DNA from: Eledone cirrhosa
Taxonomy: Eukaryota
Reading direction: 5' to 3'
Length of the DNA stretch: 64,000 nt
Assembly (NCBI GenBank): GCA_964016885.1
Contig: OZ024740.1
Location: forward strand, 227,168,001-227,232,000
The first letter of the stretch is position 1. The number at the start of each line of letters is the position of its first letter. Shown piece by piece: positions 13,702 through 26,542 of this stretch. The notes under the pieces are model-generated. The model had not been told where the DNA came from, did not search any database, and saw only the letters and a program-made list of their open reading frames with translations. The position numbers and the translations under genes were made by a program.

Positions 13702-13706
<5 letters not shown>
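13340..13706. repeat. Long inverted repeat (169-bp arms, 29-nt spacer), probable Penelope-like inverted pLTR
   Basis: 13340-13508 is the reverse complement of 13538-13706 with about 2 mismatches; followed by (TA)n. Confidence 0.9.
13519..13654 (+). ncRNA. Type I hammerhead ribozyme fold with long stem II
   Basis: Stem I CATTATTT/AAATGATG; core CTGAAGA at 13527; imperfect long stem II (ATATATATGT/ACATATATAT); GAAA at 13635; palindromic stem III ACGATCGT; GUA cleavage triplet. Confidence 0.75.
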
Positions 13707-13751
<45 letters not shown>

Positions 13752-13780
13752 TATATATATAGTTATTTATATATATATAT

Positions 13781-14057
13781 CATCATCATCATCATCATCG
13801 TTTAACATCTTCCACGTTTAACATCTTCCACGCTAGCATGGGTTTGGACGGGAATTTTCCCACTTGAGGCAAGATTGGTTGTCCTGCTTGTATAGGACTG
13901 TCTGGCGGGTTTTCTACGGCTGGATGCCCTTCCTAACACCAACCACGTTTACAGTGTGGACTGGGAGGTTTTTACCGTGTTACCTACACGCCCACATTAC
14001 AGCGTGGACTGTGTGTTTTTTGTCGTGACACCTACACGACCTCATTTATTTAGGACT
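13781..14057 (-). mobile_element. RTE-tailed short retroelement (family C)
   Basis: Reverse complement of 42999-43296; contains GGATGCCCTTCCTAACACCAACC and a (CAT)n tail. Confidence 0.8.
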
Positions 14058-14215
14058 GGATGTTGTGGTACCAACATAACTTTACATCGAAAGGGCTGGT
14101 GTGGATGGGGGTCGGGGTGGGGGAGTTGGAGGTGTATTTTTCTTAAGAGGTTCCTACTGACTGTAGCTTTCGCGTTGTACTTAGGCAAGGCGGGTCTTCT
14201 GTATTACTGCATTAT

Positions 14216-14412
14216 GTACGTGTGTATTTTTTTCTTCATTTTCCCCGTTCCTTCCTCTTATCACTCTTTACTTTCTATTTATCTTTTATTTCTAACTTTA
14301 TCTTCTGATGAAAGACTAGTGTCTGAAACTTTAAGACTCTCTTCCTGCTATTTCGAGCATTAACCTAATATATTTCTTCCATGTACTGTGTCGTTTGTTT
14401 TGTTGTTTTTTA
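14216..14412 (+). mobile_element. Short hammerhead-containing repeat (retrozyme or Penelope pLTR-like)
   Basis: TCTT-CTGATGA-A-AGAC-TAGT-GTCT-GAAAC-TTT-AAGA at 14301-14336; whole unit homologous to 63570-63740 and 63787-63963. Confidence 0.75.
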
Positions 14413-14419
14413 CACACGC

Positions 14420-14475
<56 letters not shown>

Positions 14476-16118
14476 ATGAGTGTGTTTCAATATTTTCATG
14501 TCAGATCTGTTTAAAAACTAGCAAGCAGTGATATTTGTTTATATCAGCCATAAACAGCATGTCCTCATAGTGTGGAACTTGAAATAAGCATCAGCAATAT
14601 ATAACATACATAACATAAAGAATAGTTTGCCATTACAAGGGTATTTGGCCAGGAAGAATCTTCCTCAAACTGTAAGGTCCATTCCATGCCAGCATAGACA
14701 AAGTGAACAAAATGGCAATGATGATGATGATAAGGGTCTGAGATATTTTCAAATTTGAACTACAACATTTGCTCTGAAATATCAGAATTTGAAGTATCTT
14801 TGGATACAAACATAAAATGTTTCTACTTACTATTTAAATCTGTTTAATATCTTTAATTCTTTTATTCTTTATATCTGTTATAAAACTTGTGTTGTGATAG
14901 ATTTTAAAAATATTTTCTCTTGTTTCTTGTCAAGTTTCTGCTTGATTTTGACATTTGCGAAGCATGCAATTTCACTTTCCTTGCTGATTTTATTTTTCCC
15001 ATGTTTATATATTGTTATAATGTATGCATGTGTGTTGTGTGTATATACGTATGTATTTATGTATATATGTATTATGTGTGTATGTATGTATTATGTGTGT
15101 ATGTGTGTGTATGAATGTCTGCTGTCTGTGTATATGTATGTGTATTGTGTGTGTGTGTGTGTGTATATATGTGTATGTAATGTGTATGTACATATGTGTA
15201 TATTTACATATGTATGTATGTGTATATATTTATATTCATATACATACAGGCATATATATGTGTGTGTGTGTGTGCGCGCGCGTGCGTGTGTGTGTGTATG
15301 TGTGCATGCATGTCTCTCTCTCTCTTTCTGTAATTGAAATTTGAAACATACATTTGTATTTCATACAAATATATTGAAACAAACACTATAACATACTAGA
15401 CTCTAATTGTATTTGAGCTGAAGAGAGATGTGAAGAACTAAAAACCAATTACAGCCGAAAAGTATATGTGAAATGCCACAGAGATTTATTATGGATATAC
15501 GTGTAAAAATTTACTAAACTAAAAAGAATTGATATCTCAAGAATGTTTCATAGAATAACTGAGCTTCATTTAAAATATAAATTATTAAAACTTATATAAT
15601 GGCATATGTAATATTTTATCATAATTAGAATATGTAGTACATGTAAAAATGTTTTATTAGTATCAAAAGAGGAACAGAAAGACAGATATGTTTTTGTCAC
15701 CAATGACTCCCACCTCCAACCACTACTACTACTACCATCACCACCACTGCTATTACTACTGTCACTATTAACATAAGATATCTTATTTTACAAATTTAAT
15801 TATACTATTTTAATATAATGATTTATTTAGAAAAATTACAGTTCTTAATCCTTACTTTTACATCCAGTTTTCCATGCATAGATGGGTTTGTGTGAGTCCT
15901 CTACAGCACAGCTTCCCTTCTCTTATCATATTCTTTTGTCATTTTTGTGAGCTCCAAAATTCTGAGACCCACTTTCACCAACTCTCTCCCAAGTCTTCAA
16001 CAATTTTCTTCCATTTGGAATTCCTGGCATATCTTCACTCAAGGATCATCAACCATATGTATTATGTGTCTGAGCCAGTGCAATTTTCTCTCTTGCTCAT
16101 TACAACTGAGTTTTCTTA

Positions 16119-16316
16119 CAAGAGTCAGCTGAAAAGTTCATAGACTGACCAAGATACTCTTATGGAAATCACTAAATGAGGTTTATTTTTCAACATAGTC
16201 CCTAGAAAGAAATAATGCAGTTATTAATAAAAACAGTTGAAATTAATGCAGGCAAGATTTCACAGCTCTAGCATCACCTCTTAATAGTCAGCCTATGAAC
16301 TTTTCAGCTGACCCTA
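16119..16316. mobile_element. Mariner-derived MITE, apparently nested in a degenerate RTE fragment
   Basis: Terminal inverted repeats (TA)CAAGAGTCAGCTGAAAAGTTCATAGACTGAC / GTCAGCCTATGAACTTTTCAGCTGACCCT; RTE-like flanks at about 15860-16117 and 16320-16410. Confidence 0.7.
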
Positions 16317-18313
16317 CCTGTTTATTCCTCCAGCTTCTCTGTGCCTTGTGTTTCAATTCACATCAATATTACATATCTAATAGAACATGCTTGTCTCATT
16401 TCTTTTCCATTTGTATTCCCCAGATTTCATAATTTGGAGAATAGAGGCTTGGGAAAAGAAAGTCATTAGTACCAATAATGCAGACATCTTATCAATACAT
16501 CAAGAAATCAACATCCATCAATAAACAATTTAAGTTCACTTTAGTAAAACAAATATATTCACAACTGAAGAAATTTTGAAATAATATGTTTATAAAGTTC
16601 ACAATTTCTGCTTTTATATTCTGCGCATCATTCTATTGAACTTCGGCATTATGGTAAATTATGTCTTGTGAGAATAAATAAAAATTATAAGTACAGGTTG
16701 GTTTATATTTTCTTCAATATGCAACAATTTGCTAATAAATTAGAGTTGTAGAATTGTATAGAAAGAAAATTACTTTAGTATGACTGGGGATAATAATTTT
16801 AAAGTTTCTTGCAAAATATTATTTTCTTCTGGAAGAAACTTTGTTAGGTAAATGTAAGAAGAAAAAGGATAAGTGAACTGGATGTAGAATATTATGCCAT
16901 ATCACTTGTAGAAATAGTGTGAAACCACTTTCTATTTTAACAGATATAGCACATAGAAACTAATATGAATAATGGATACTTCTCACAATTTTTACATTTA
17001 AAGCTCTTAAGAACTGAAAGCTAACAGGCAGACATAAGTAAAGATCCTCCTACTTTCAATAGAGAAACCTCATAATGGAATACCATATATAACATGCCTG
17101 AAGATATCAAGTTATCACACAATGCATTTCACATAAAGGAAGACTGTTGTATGAAAACCACAGTTGATATGTAAATGGAAAATTAGCAGTCTGCCTGACA
17201 GTCTACTAATGTTACACACTTGTATTCCATGTATAATTAATAGCTTTTAATATTATTGAACTATATTCATAGATGCATCAGCTAACAAAAGACTTAATTA
17301 CAAGCAACTATACATTTACATAAAAAAATACCTGTAAAGTTACTAACTCATGATATTATATGCCTGCATTCACTTTGCATCATATCATGTGTATATATGT
17401 ATATATGAAATATACTTAAAGACACTGTATGAATCTCATTATATAAGGTACCTATATATTGTTCAAGTATTATATTTCCTTTTAAATATCTGGCTAAATG
17501 TACATTTAAATATCTATCCATTAAAATCTAAAATGATTCATAGCAGTGAATAGGAGAAAATATATATACATATATTTCTATAACAAGAAGTAGGCATACT
17601 TTAAAAACTTGTACACAAGTTAAGTTTACAGATAAATGTAAAAGTCAGGAAAATTCAATACAAATCACACACGTCAATGTATATATATATCATTGGAGAA
17701 CATTTTAAGTAAAATTAACTGCAATCTTTCCTTTCAGCAGATCATTTCTGTTCTACAGTTGCTCTCCCATAATTACCATGGCCCTATTTCTGATTTCTTC
17801 CACCTCATACATTCAACTCGCTTCAGTAAATTACTACCCTTCAAAGAAAATTACTACTCCTTGCTCACGCTTCACATAAACAACAATCACCATATATACG
17901 TCTTACAACTAACCCTCTCCAGTGATCTTTCATAGAAATTATATATTTTAAACACATTAAATCAGTTTTATTTTTGTGCCATCCTTTGTCTGTGAGTCGC
18001 TTTACTGACCCATTTTTTTATTGACTGATAAACATGCAATATTTGCCATATGATGCCAGTCCAATGTATGGTTATTTAGAAGCCAATAGCTACCACATCT
18101 TTATAAAGATTGTTATTGTTAGTCATATGATGCCAGTTAGTTATTAGCCAGTAACAACTACACCACAGTTTTATAAAGACAGTTAGAATGATTGCTATTG
18201 TTTCCTATTGTTACAGTTTTCTCTTGTAGATATTCTATTTGATATTCATTTCTTTATATATAAGAATATTTAATTATCGGCTTAAAGTTTAGTAATGAAA
18301 CAACAATTCTAAT

Positions 18314-18542
18314 TTAACCCTTTAGCATTTACATTACTCTATATTTACTATTATATTTTCATGGTAAAGGCTTTACCTCACATAATTATCTCGCATAATA
18401 TTGAATCTGTGAAATTTTGATATTATTTATTTTGAGAACATTACTTTAACATCAGTATGAGCAGCTGGATACAGCCAGTTTGAACAGAAAGAGGAGAGAG
18501 AATTCTGACCGGATATGGCCAGTTTAAATGCTAAAGGGTTAA
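18314..18542. mobile_element. TTAA-flanked MITE (second family)
   Basis: Perfect TIR TTAACCCTTTAGCATTTA / TAAATGCTAAAGGGTTAA. Confidence 0.8.
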
Positions 18543-18592
18543 ATTCTAATATTAACCCAAAATATAACTATATTCTGCTATATTCAGTTTCT

Positions 18593-18809
18593 TTAACCCT
18601 TTCACGACTGCATTTCTAATGAAATACACCCTATTTTAATTAATTAATGAAGAATTTAATTAATTAATGAAGAATTTCGAGGGATATACTAAAATTATTA
18701 ATTATTTCATTTCTAAGATAGTAACTTAATATAATGTTCTCATATAAAATTATGTTAGATTTTAATCTAAATCGGAAACCTTTGGCCAGGTTGGGAACTA
18801 AAAGGTTAA
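18593..18809 (+). mobile_element. TTAA-flanked MITE (family of 2875)
   Basis: TTAACCCTTT...AAAAGGTTAA ends; shared body. Confidence 0.7.
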
Positions 18810-19011
18810 ATTAAATCACGTGTGAACGTTTGAACAAAGACTGAATGTTTTAAAGTAGCCTGATAGATAGATCACCAACATAATGTGGTTGTTATGGTTT
18901 TTATGGTTCAAACCTTAACAGGTTTCACCAGACTTTTATGAGGTTATGTCTCATAAGTTTTCTTGATAAGGGATCCTGTCTTTCCATGTCACCATATTTA
19001 CATTGACTTGT

Positions 19012-19335
19012 GAAGGTGCATGGCTTAATGGTTAGTGCATCTAGCTTACAATTGTGAGGTTGTGAGTTTGCTTCTTGGATCAACCTCTCCATTGTGTTCT
19101 TAAACAAGACACTTTATGTCACTCAATTATAGAAATGAATTGTGACGTCATTGGTACCAAACTGTATCGGCCTTTACCTTTCCCTTGGACAACATTGGTG
19201 TCATGGAGAGGGGAAACTGGTATGCATGGGCGACTGCTGGTCTCCCACAAACTTGCCTAGACTTGTGTGTCGGAAGAGAACTTTCTAGATGCAAATCCTA
19301 TAGTCATTCATGACTGAAGGGGTCTTTACCTTTTA
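19012..19335 (+). mobile_element. SINE with family-B head and a third, distinct tail
   Basis: Head GGTGCATGGCTTAATGGTTAG...AACAAGACACTTTA; the 3' half ends ...GACTGAAGGGGTCTTTACC and is unlike the other B tails. Confidence 0.65.
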
Positions 19336-19897
19336 TTTACATTTACAAGAGGGTAGAATTGAACACAAATTACTCAGAGATGTAACAAATAGCACAAGGG
19401 ATTCTGTTTGATACTCAAATAATTCCACCAATTCCATATTTTATTTTATCGGCCCTGAAATGAGAAATGATGAAAGGCAATTTGAAAGTGATTTGAACTC
19501 AGTGTGCAGGGAGCTGAAACAAATACTGCAAGGCATTTTGTCTTATGACTCTGCCAATTTGACATACATGATAAACAGCACTTCTAAAATGTATAGATAT
19601 ACATTATAGGTTGCATGTGCTTGTATGGTGATAAGGAAAGATTTACTCTAGAAGTGATATCTTTCTCTTGTTGAAGATTGTTATTTCATCTTTCATGTTC
19701 AGTAGTAGCAGATCGTTCTTCATTACAGCACTTAATAACTTTAAAAATAATAGATAGAAAAATAGAATTAAATTCATGGTCAACATTGCCTTCCATACTA
19801 CATCAAAGGCAACAAACATCAAAAGTTCATTCTTGTATTTCCTTTGCCTTTTCTTCTTCTATTACTATTATTATTATTATCATTAACATTGATATTC

Positions 19898-19931
<34 letters not shown>

Positions 19932-20340
19932 TATCATCATCATTATTATTATTCATGGTGTTGCTGTTGTTGTTGTTATCATTATTATGTATTCTATTTA
20001 TATATATTTTATGATGTTAATTGCAGCATTAAATTTTGTGATGTTTGTCATAATTATTTCAGAAATGTTTTTTAATGATATCATATTTCGTTAGATAGTC
20101 TCTGACTTCCTTCCTTCCTTAGCTAGAGGACATAGGACAGGATTAGAAAGAATCTTGAGCTAAAAATTTGCCATCTTCATTTCTCGTTAGATTTCAGGCA
20201 ACAACAACAACAGACTAACAAACATATATATATATCAGATCTTAGATTAGATCAATTAATAAATCCTTAAAATAACCACAACTAATAATACTACTACTTC
20301 TACTTCTACTACTACGACTACTACTACTAATAATAATAAT

Positions 20341-20480
20341 AATTGTTTCTACTTTTGGCACAAGGCCAGCAATTACCCAATGCATTACTGGTACTTTATT
20401 CTATCGACCCCGGAAGGTTGAAAGGCAAAGTTAACCTCGGCCTTTCATCCTTTCGGGGTCGATAGAATAAAGTACCAGTA
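20341..20480 (-). mobile_element. SINE A fragment with internal fold-back
   Basis: Minus-strand SINE A 3' part; 20386-20426 is repeated inverted at 20440-20480. Confidence 0.85.
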
Positions 20481-20508
20481 TAATAATAATAATAATAATA
20501 ATAATAAT

Positions 20509-23499
20509 GCTTTCTTTATTAACCACAAGGGTTTACACAAAGTAGACATTAAGGACAGTACAGGACTATACAGGACGGTACAAAAGGGCATTTCTGCATG
20601 TAAAAAAAACAAAAAACAGAGGATGTAACAAAAAAAGAACAATGAAAAATTCCCCAATAGGGGGGGGAGACTTCCGAGGGACATCGTGGAGAAAGCCCAT
20701 TAAAAAAAAGCCACGGTGACCCTGACCACCAGGGCAAGTGCCCTCTCCCAGTTTTCCACCTTCAATTTACAGGCATATACTCAGGCCATTCTTGCCTCTC
20801 TCGCCCATCTTTCAACAATATGCTGGGAAGAGAGCACTTCCCTCTCTATTCTGATTTTCCTTTTCAAATGAAATTGGAAAAAGGTAATCAGGGCATCACC
20901 GAAGAGATAAGTGCTTGTCTTCAGCCCTTTCAGACGCGTCCACTATACTATCTCTTTTGCCATGGCCACCAGACAGATAAAAACTGCCTGCCCTTCCCAG
21001 CTAAAGGAAGAGCATGGGGCAATCCTCACGATGGACTCAGCTGATAGCCGGATCCGTTCTACACGCGACAGCAGGTGTTCGACATAAACCCACAAGTCAG
21101 CAATGCTCGGACACTGGACGAGTGCATGCAGGACGGTTTCGTCGCCCTGCGCGGATCTCAGACATGCCCGGCTGACAGCACTTCCGTGCCTGTAGAGTTT
21201 ATCCCAAACTGACAAAGCTCCTCAGTAGCACTGCTAGGCCAGGGATTTCTGAAAATTGTCCATAGGCCCCGGCCCGAAAGTTCTTCCGAAGTGATTGGCT
21301 AGTTGATTTTCGTCGATGCCTAGAGTTTGCCCAAGTACGTCATCGCTCTTCCTCTCCACTAATCCTCTATAGAACGCCAAGGTTGAGTTTCCACCAATCA
21401 CATTGCCCGACTGGTCAAGGGCCATGAGCACCTGAAGACATTCCAGTATCCAAGCGCTCCCTTTTCATCTTCACTTGACCCAGGACTTCAGCTCCGTCGA
21501 GACGAGCTGGGGAAAGACGCGTCTAGCAAACGGCGACCACACCAGATCACCGTCAAGGAAGAGGTGGAGATGTCGTAGCCTGAGCATCATCAGCCACGGC
21601 ATGCCCAGCCCTCCATGTAGCGGGTGTTGACAGCAGATGGACTGCCCGACCATCGGAGCGCGCCCCTTCCACAAAAAGCGAAAGAGCAAATGCTCCAGTT
21701 CAGTCAGGCGAGGCTTAGATCAAGGCACGACGGTCAGGCGGTGGTAGATGATGGACGCGATCTACGCATTCACCACCTCTGCTCGACCTTTCAGGGATAG
21801 CTTCCTCTCTGCCCATTTCTGGGTGAGAGAAGCCACCCTGCTCGTCACTTTGTCCCAGTTTTTGTCCGTCTGTAGGTCCAGACCGAACCAGATCCCTAGC
21901 AATTTAACCGGTCCGTCCTCCCAGTGCCCGACGACGCTGTTGGACGGCATGGACCTGCCTCTCCAGGTGCCGAGCTGCAGGTCCACCAACTTTTCCTGGT
22001 TGATCATTGCACCTGTCACCGCTTCGTATTCTCTTAACGTGGTGCCGATCGCCTCGATGTGTTTGCCTGTTCGACACCACTATGGTCACATCGTCCGCAT
22101 ATGCTGATACGGATCTTCCGCATCCTAGTTCACGCAGGACCCCCACCACAATGCCTCCAGTTTGTGCAATAATGGCTCGAGAGTCAATACGTACAAGAGG
22201 GACGAGAGGGGACATCCTTGGCGGACCAAGCGCATGATGTTGAACGGTTCCGAAAGGTGACCGTTCACTCTCACTTCAGAGCAGATGTCGCTGTGCATGG
22301 CAGCGATCCAGCCTCTGAAGACGGGCCTAAAGCCAGCCACCCTCAGGACTGCCGCCAGATAACGATGGTCGACCCTATCGAAAGCTTTCGACTGATCTAA
22401 ATTGATCAAGGACCCACCGATACCAGGTTCCCTAGCTACCCTCTCCACGATGTATCGCATGAAATGGAGGTTGTCGTGAATGGATCTGTTTGGAATAACG
22501 CATGTCTGCGCCTCTCCCACCAGACCACCAACGACAAGTGCCAACCTCTTTGCTAGCACCTTGGCCAAAATCTTGAACTCTGTGTTTAGCAGAGTTATGG
22601 GCCTGAAATTATCTATGTTATCCCCTTGTTCAGATCCTTTCTCAGCAGCGCCACCGCTCCTTGGCTCACAGAGCTGGGAATTCTCCCGTTCTTTTGCCAG
22701 TTACAGTAGACGTCCGCCAAGAGGCCTCCGAACAAGTCTGGCATCTGTACATAAAGTTCATAGGGCAGACCATCCAAACCAGGCGATTTAGTCCTTGTGC
22801 AGCCAGTCATTGCCTCCCGTACTTCAGCTGCTGTTATCGGCGTTTCGCAACACTCCACCTCAGTGGCCGAGAGCCGCGGCAGTCTGTCGAGGTAGGCACT
22901 AAAGTCCATCCCTCGACCCGGCCCACCGCTGCCCCCGAAGAGCTGAGCGAAGTGTCGCTGAAAAGTTTCACGCATTTGCCCGGGATCGAGTAGCATACGC
23001 CTGTCGTGGTGCACCAAAGACCAGATCGTGGCTTTGTTGCCACGACGAACCTCTGCCACTCAGGCCTATTGAACGGCTTGCGTCCCCTCATGTCTGAGAG
23101 CACGCATTCTAGCTCTGACAACGCAGCCTTCGTGCTTTGCATTGAAGAATTGGTCAAGGGCCAATTTCGCCGCAAGTACGTCGGTCGCGATGCCTTTGCT
23201 AAGCGCCTCGTCTAATTTTCTAACTAGTTCTCCCTCTGCTCTATTTTTCTCTATTGCTAAAGCCTTACTAAACCTAATGGACTCTATTCTAATCACTCTT
23301 TTCAGAGCAAACCACCATTTGTTGTTGACGATGGCCCCGGTCAATGCCTGCTTAACTAGTTCGCTAATCTGGTCTCTGTAGGCCTTGCGCATTGTTGATG
23401 ACGCGTTTAGCTTCCAGTAGCCGGGTCCTTATCTATGAGGCCTATCTAAGTCAACCACACAGATCACGAATTTGTGGTCCGTGAAGCTGAGTAGTCCGT

Positions 23500-23500
<1 letters not shown>
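20509..23500 (-). mobile_element. Tx1/L1-clade LINE, 5'-truncated ORF2 pseudogene (end of APE endonuclease, RT, C-terminal CCHC-like region) with (TTA)n tail
   Basis: Motifs FTDHKFV...GPGYWKLN, KSPGLDGLPYELY, FRPITLLNTEFKILAKVLAKRL, LDQSKAFDRVDH, VRQGCPLS, YADD, LSLKGRAEV, C...DETVLHALVQCP, spread over several frames (frameshifts). Confidence 0.92.
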
Positions 23501-23552
<52 letters not shown>

Positions 23553-23555
<3 letters not shown>

Positions 23556-23637
23556 TGTTTCTACTTTTGGCACAAGGCCAGCAATTACCCAGTACATTAC
23601 TGCTACTTTATTTTATCAACCCTGTAAGGATGAAAGA
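23553..23637 (-). mobile_element. SINE A 3' fragment embedded in (TAA)n
   Basis: AATTGTTTCTACTTTTGGCACAAGGCC...GGATGAAAG between two TAA arrays. Confidence 0.85.
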
Positions 23638-23683
23638 TAATAATAATAATAATAATAATAATAGTAATAGTAATAATAATAAT

Positions 23684-24735
23684 GATTTCTTTATTAACCA
23701 CAAGGGTTTACACAAAGTAGACATTAAGGACAGTACAGGACAATACAGGACGGTACAAAAGGGCATTTCTGCGTGTAAAAAAAACAAAAAACAGAGGATG
23801 TAATAATAGAACAATGAAAAAATTCCCCAATAGGGGGGAGACTTCCGAGGGACATCATGGAGAAAGCCCATTAAAAAGCCACGGTGACCCTGACCACCAG
23901 GGCAATTGTCCTCTCCCAGTTTTCCACCTTCAATTTACAGGCACATACTCAGAGTATGTCCACTCACTCGGGCCATTCTTGCCTCTCTCACCCATCTTTC
24001 AACAAAAAGCTGGGAAGAGAGCACTTCCCTTTCTACCCTGATTTTCCTTTTCAAATGAAATTGGAAAAAGATAATCAGGGCATCACCGAAGAGGTAAGTG
24101 TTCGTCTTCAGCCCTTTCAGACGTGTCCACCATCTCTTTCGTCATGGCCACCAGACAGATAAAAACTGCCTGCCCTTCCCGGCTAAAGTAATCGGGTGGG
24201 ACAATCCTCGCTATGGACTCAGCTGATAGTCAGATCCGTTCTACATGCGACAGCAGGTGTTCGACATAAACCCACAAGTCAGCAATGCTTGGACACTGAA
24301 CGAGTGCATGCCCGGCTGACGGCACCTCCATGCCTGTAGAGTTTATCCCGAACTGGCAAAGCACCTTGGTAGCACTGCCAGGCCAGGGATTTCTGGAAGT
24401 TGTCCATAGGCCCCGGCCCGAAAGTTCTTCCAAAGAGATTGGCTAGTTGATTTCCGTCGACGCCTAGAGTTTCCCCAAGTACGTCGTCGCTCCTCCCCTC
24501 CACTAATCCTCTATAGAAAGCCAAGGTGGAGTTTCCACCGATCACATTGCCCGACTGGTCAAGGGCTGAGAGCGCCTGAAGACATTCCAGTCTCCAAGCG
24601 CGACCTCTCGGTCTTCGCTTGACCCAGGACTGCAGCTCCATCAAGGAGACGAGTTGGGGAAAGACGCGTCTAGCAAACGGCGACCACACCTGATCACTGT
24701 CGAGAAAGAGATGGAGATGTTGTAGCCTGAGCACG
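23684..24735 (-). mobile_element. Second, shorter Tx1 LINE copy (3' part)
   Basis: Colinear with 20509-21585 (same 3' UTR; LHLFLD...WSPFARRVFPQLVS...GPMDNFQKSLAW) with small indels. Confidence 0.92.
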
Positions 24736-24744
24736 TAATAATAA

Positions 24745-25385
24745 TCATGGGAACACATGGGCGTTGCTGCATGTAAACATATACATATAACAAAAACAAA
24801 GTATGTAACAAAAAAAAATGAAACAAAGGAAAATGGTCACTCGTGGAGAAAGCCCATTAAAAAATTATAATAATAACAATAATGATAATGGTTTCTTTAT
24901 TAGCCACACAGGACTTACAATAAGCAGACAATAAGGATGGTACAGAATGATACAGTGTGGGTTTTATGTGAGAGAATGTTTTATAAAGATGACAAAAAAT
25001 AAACATTTAAAAATAAAACATAAATTCCCCAAAAGTGATATCTCCAAGGGTCTCTCATGGAGAAAGCTCACAAGAAATCACAGTAACCTTGACTGCTAGG
25101 GCAGGTGCCCATTCTCAGATGTTCTCCAATAATAATAATAATTTCTTAACCAAAAATGGTTCACATAAAGAAAACATTAAGTGTGGCATTGGTTGGAGAG
25201 TTTTTTTAAGTAAAAATATAAAACAAACTAATAAATTTTAACAAAAAATAATTCCCCAATAATTCCCCAATAATTCCCCAATAATTCCCCAATAATTCCC
25301 CAAGAGACATCCAAAGGTTTCACATGGCAAAAGTTCACAGAAAGCCATGGCTATCTTGCCTTTTAGAGCAGGTGATTCCTCGAAC
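24745..25385 (-). mobile_element. Three further diverged Tx1 3'-UTR fragments
   Basis: Recurrent motifs (TTTCTTTATT..CCAC, AATTCCCC, (C/T)GTGGAGAAAGC, AGGGCAGGTG) separated by TAA runs; includes an (AATAATTCCCC)x5 minisatellite at about 25247-25301. Confidence 0.7.
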
Positions 25386-25474
25386 TGATAAAGGAATATT
25401 AAAGGGCCCTTGTTGATTGGTTATAACTTGTTCTGTTGGTTGTAGAAGTAACATAAGATCTGTCTATTGATAAT

Positions 25475-25912
25475 AATAATTGTTTCTAATATAGACACAA
25501 GGCCAGCAATTTTAGAAGAGAGGAACTTAATTAAATCAACCCTACTACTTGACTGGTACTTTATTTTATCAACCCAAAAGTATGAAAGACAAAGTTGACC
25601 ATGGTAGGATTTGTTTAAGTTCATAAAGGGCCACAATTAAATGCTACAAAGCATTTTGTCCGATGCTCTAACAATTCCATCAATTCTCTGCTTCTGTAAT
25701 GGTAAAAAGCTTACAATTTTAATTTAGGCACAAAGCCTACAATTTTGGGGAAAGGAAAATTTATTAAATCAACCCCAGTGTGTCTCTAGTACTTTATTTT
25801 ATTGGCCCCATAAGGATGAAAGGTAAAGCTAGCAGTAGCAGGATTTTAACTCATAATGTAAAGGAACATAACTATATGCCACAAAGCATGTTGTATGAAG
25901 CTCTACCAATTC
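25475..25912 (-). mobile_element. Two diverged SINE A copies
   Basis: Reverse-complement matches at about 25475-25690 and 25720-25912. Confidence 0.7.
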
Positions 25913-26542
25913 TAATGATGATGATGTCAATGACATCTATACTAATGATGAAGAACAACATTTATTGTTATGCCTATATATGAAATCATCATTATCATCA
26001 CCATCATAGTTTACATCCACTTTTCTATGCAGACTTAGGCTGAGTAGGAGTGTATTAGGCAGTTTTTGTCTTTCCTGTTATTAACCCATTTAGTCACTTT
26101 TTGCAACCTTTAACTATTACCAAACTGGTATATGCACATGAAAATAATTACTAATATTAATTATTGCTAATATCTTTAATATTAGCTTTTACTCAAGGGT
26201 AGTGAATTTTGAAGAATGCTATTGACTATAATTAGATGCTTTCCAGTAGTGAGTTAAGTACTTGGCTGTGAAAAGATATCACTAACCATTTTTAATATTT
26301 TAATAATGCCTGGACAATATTTTCATTAAAACCACTTGTTAGTAATAAACAATATGATGACACCACTTAGAAAAAAAACGTTTGGTTTTTTTTTTTAAAT
26401 CGCCTATTAATTTGAGGAAGGTTTTTAGAAATAAATTTGATATTGATTCAAAGAACTTTGCTAAGTACCATTAAAAGTTGTTCTTCATTGAAACAGTCAA
26501 TTAACTTTATTAAGATACAAATAAATAACAAACATTATTACA

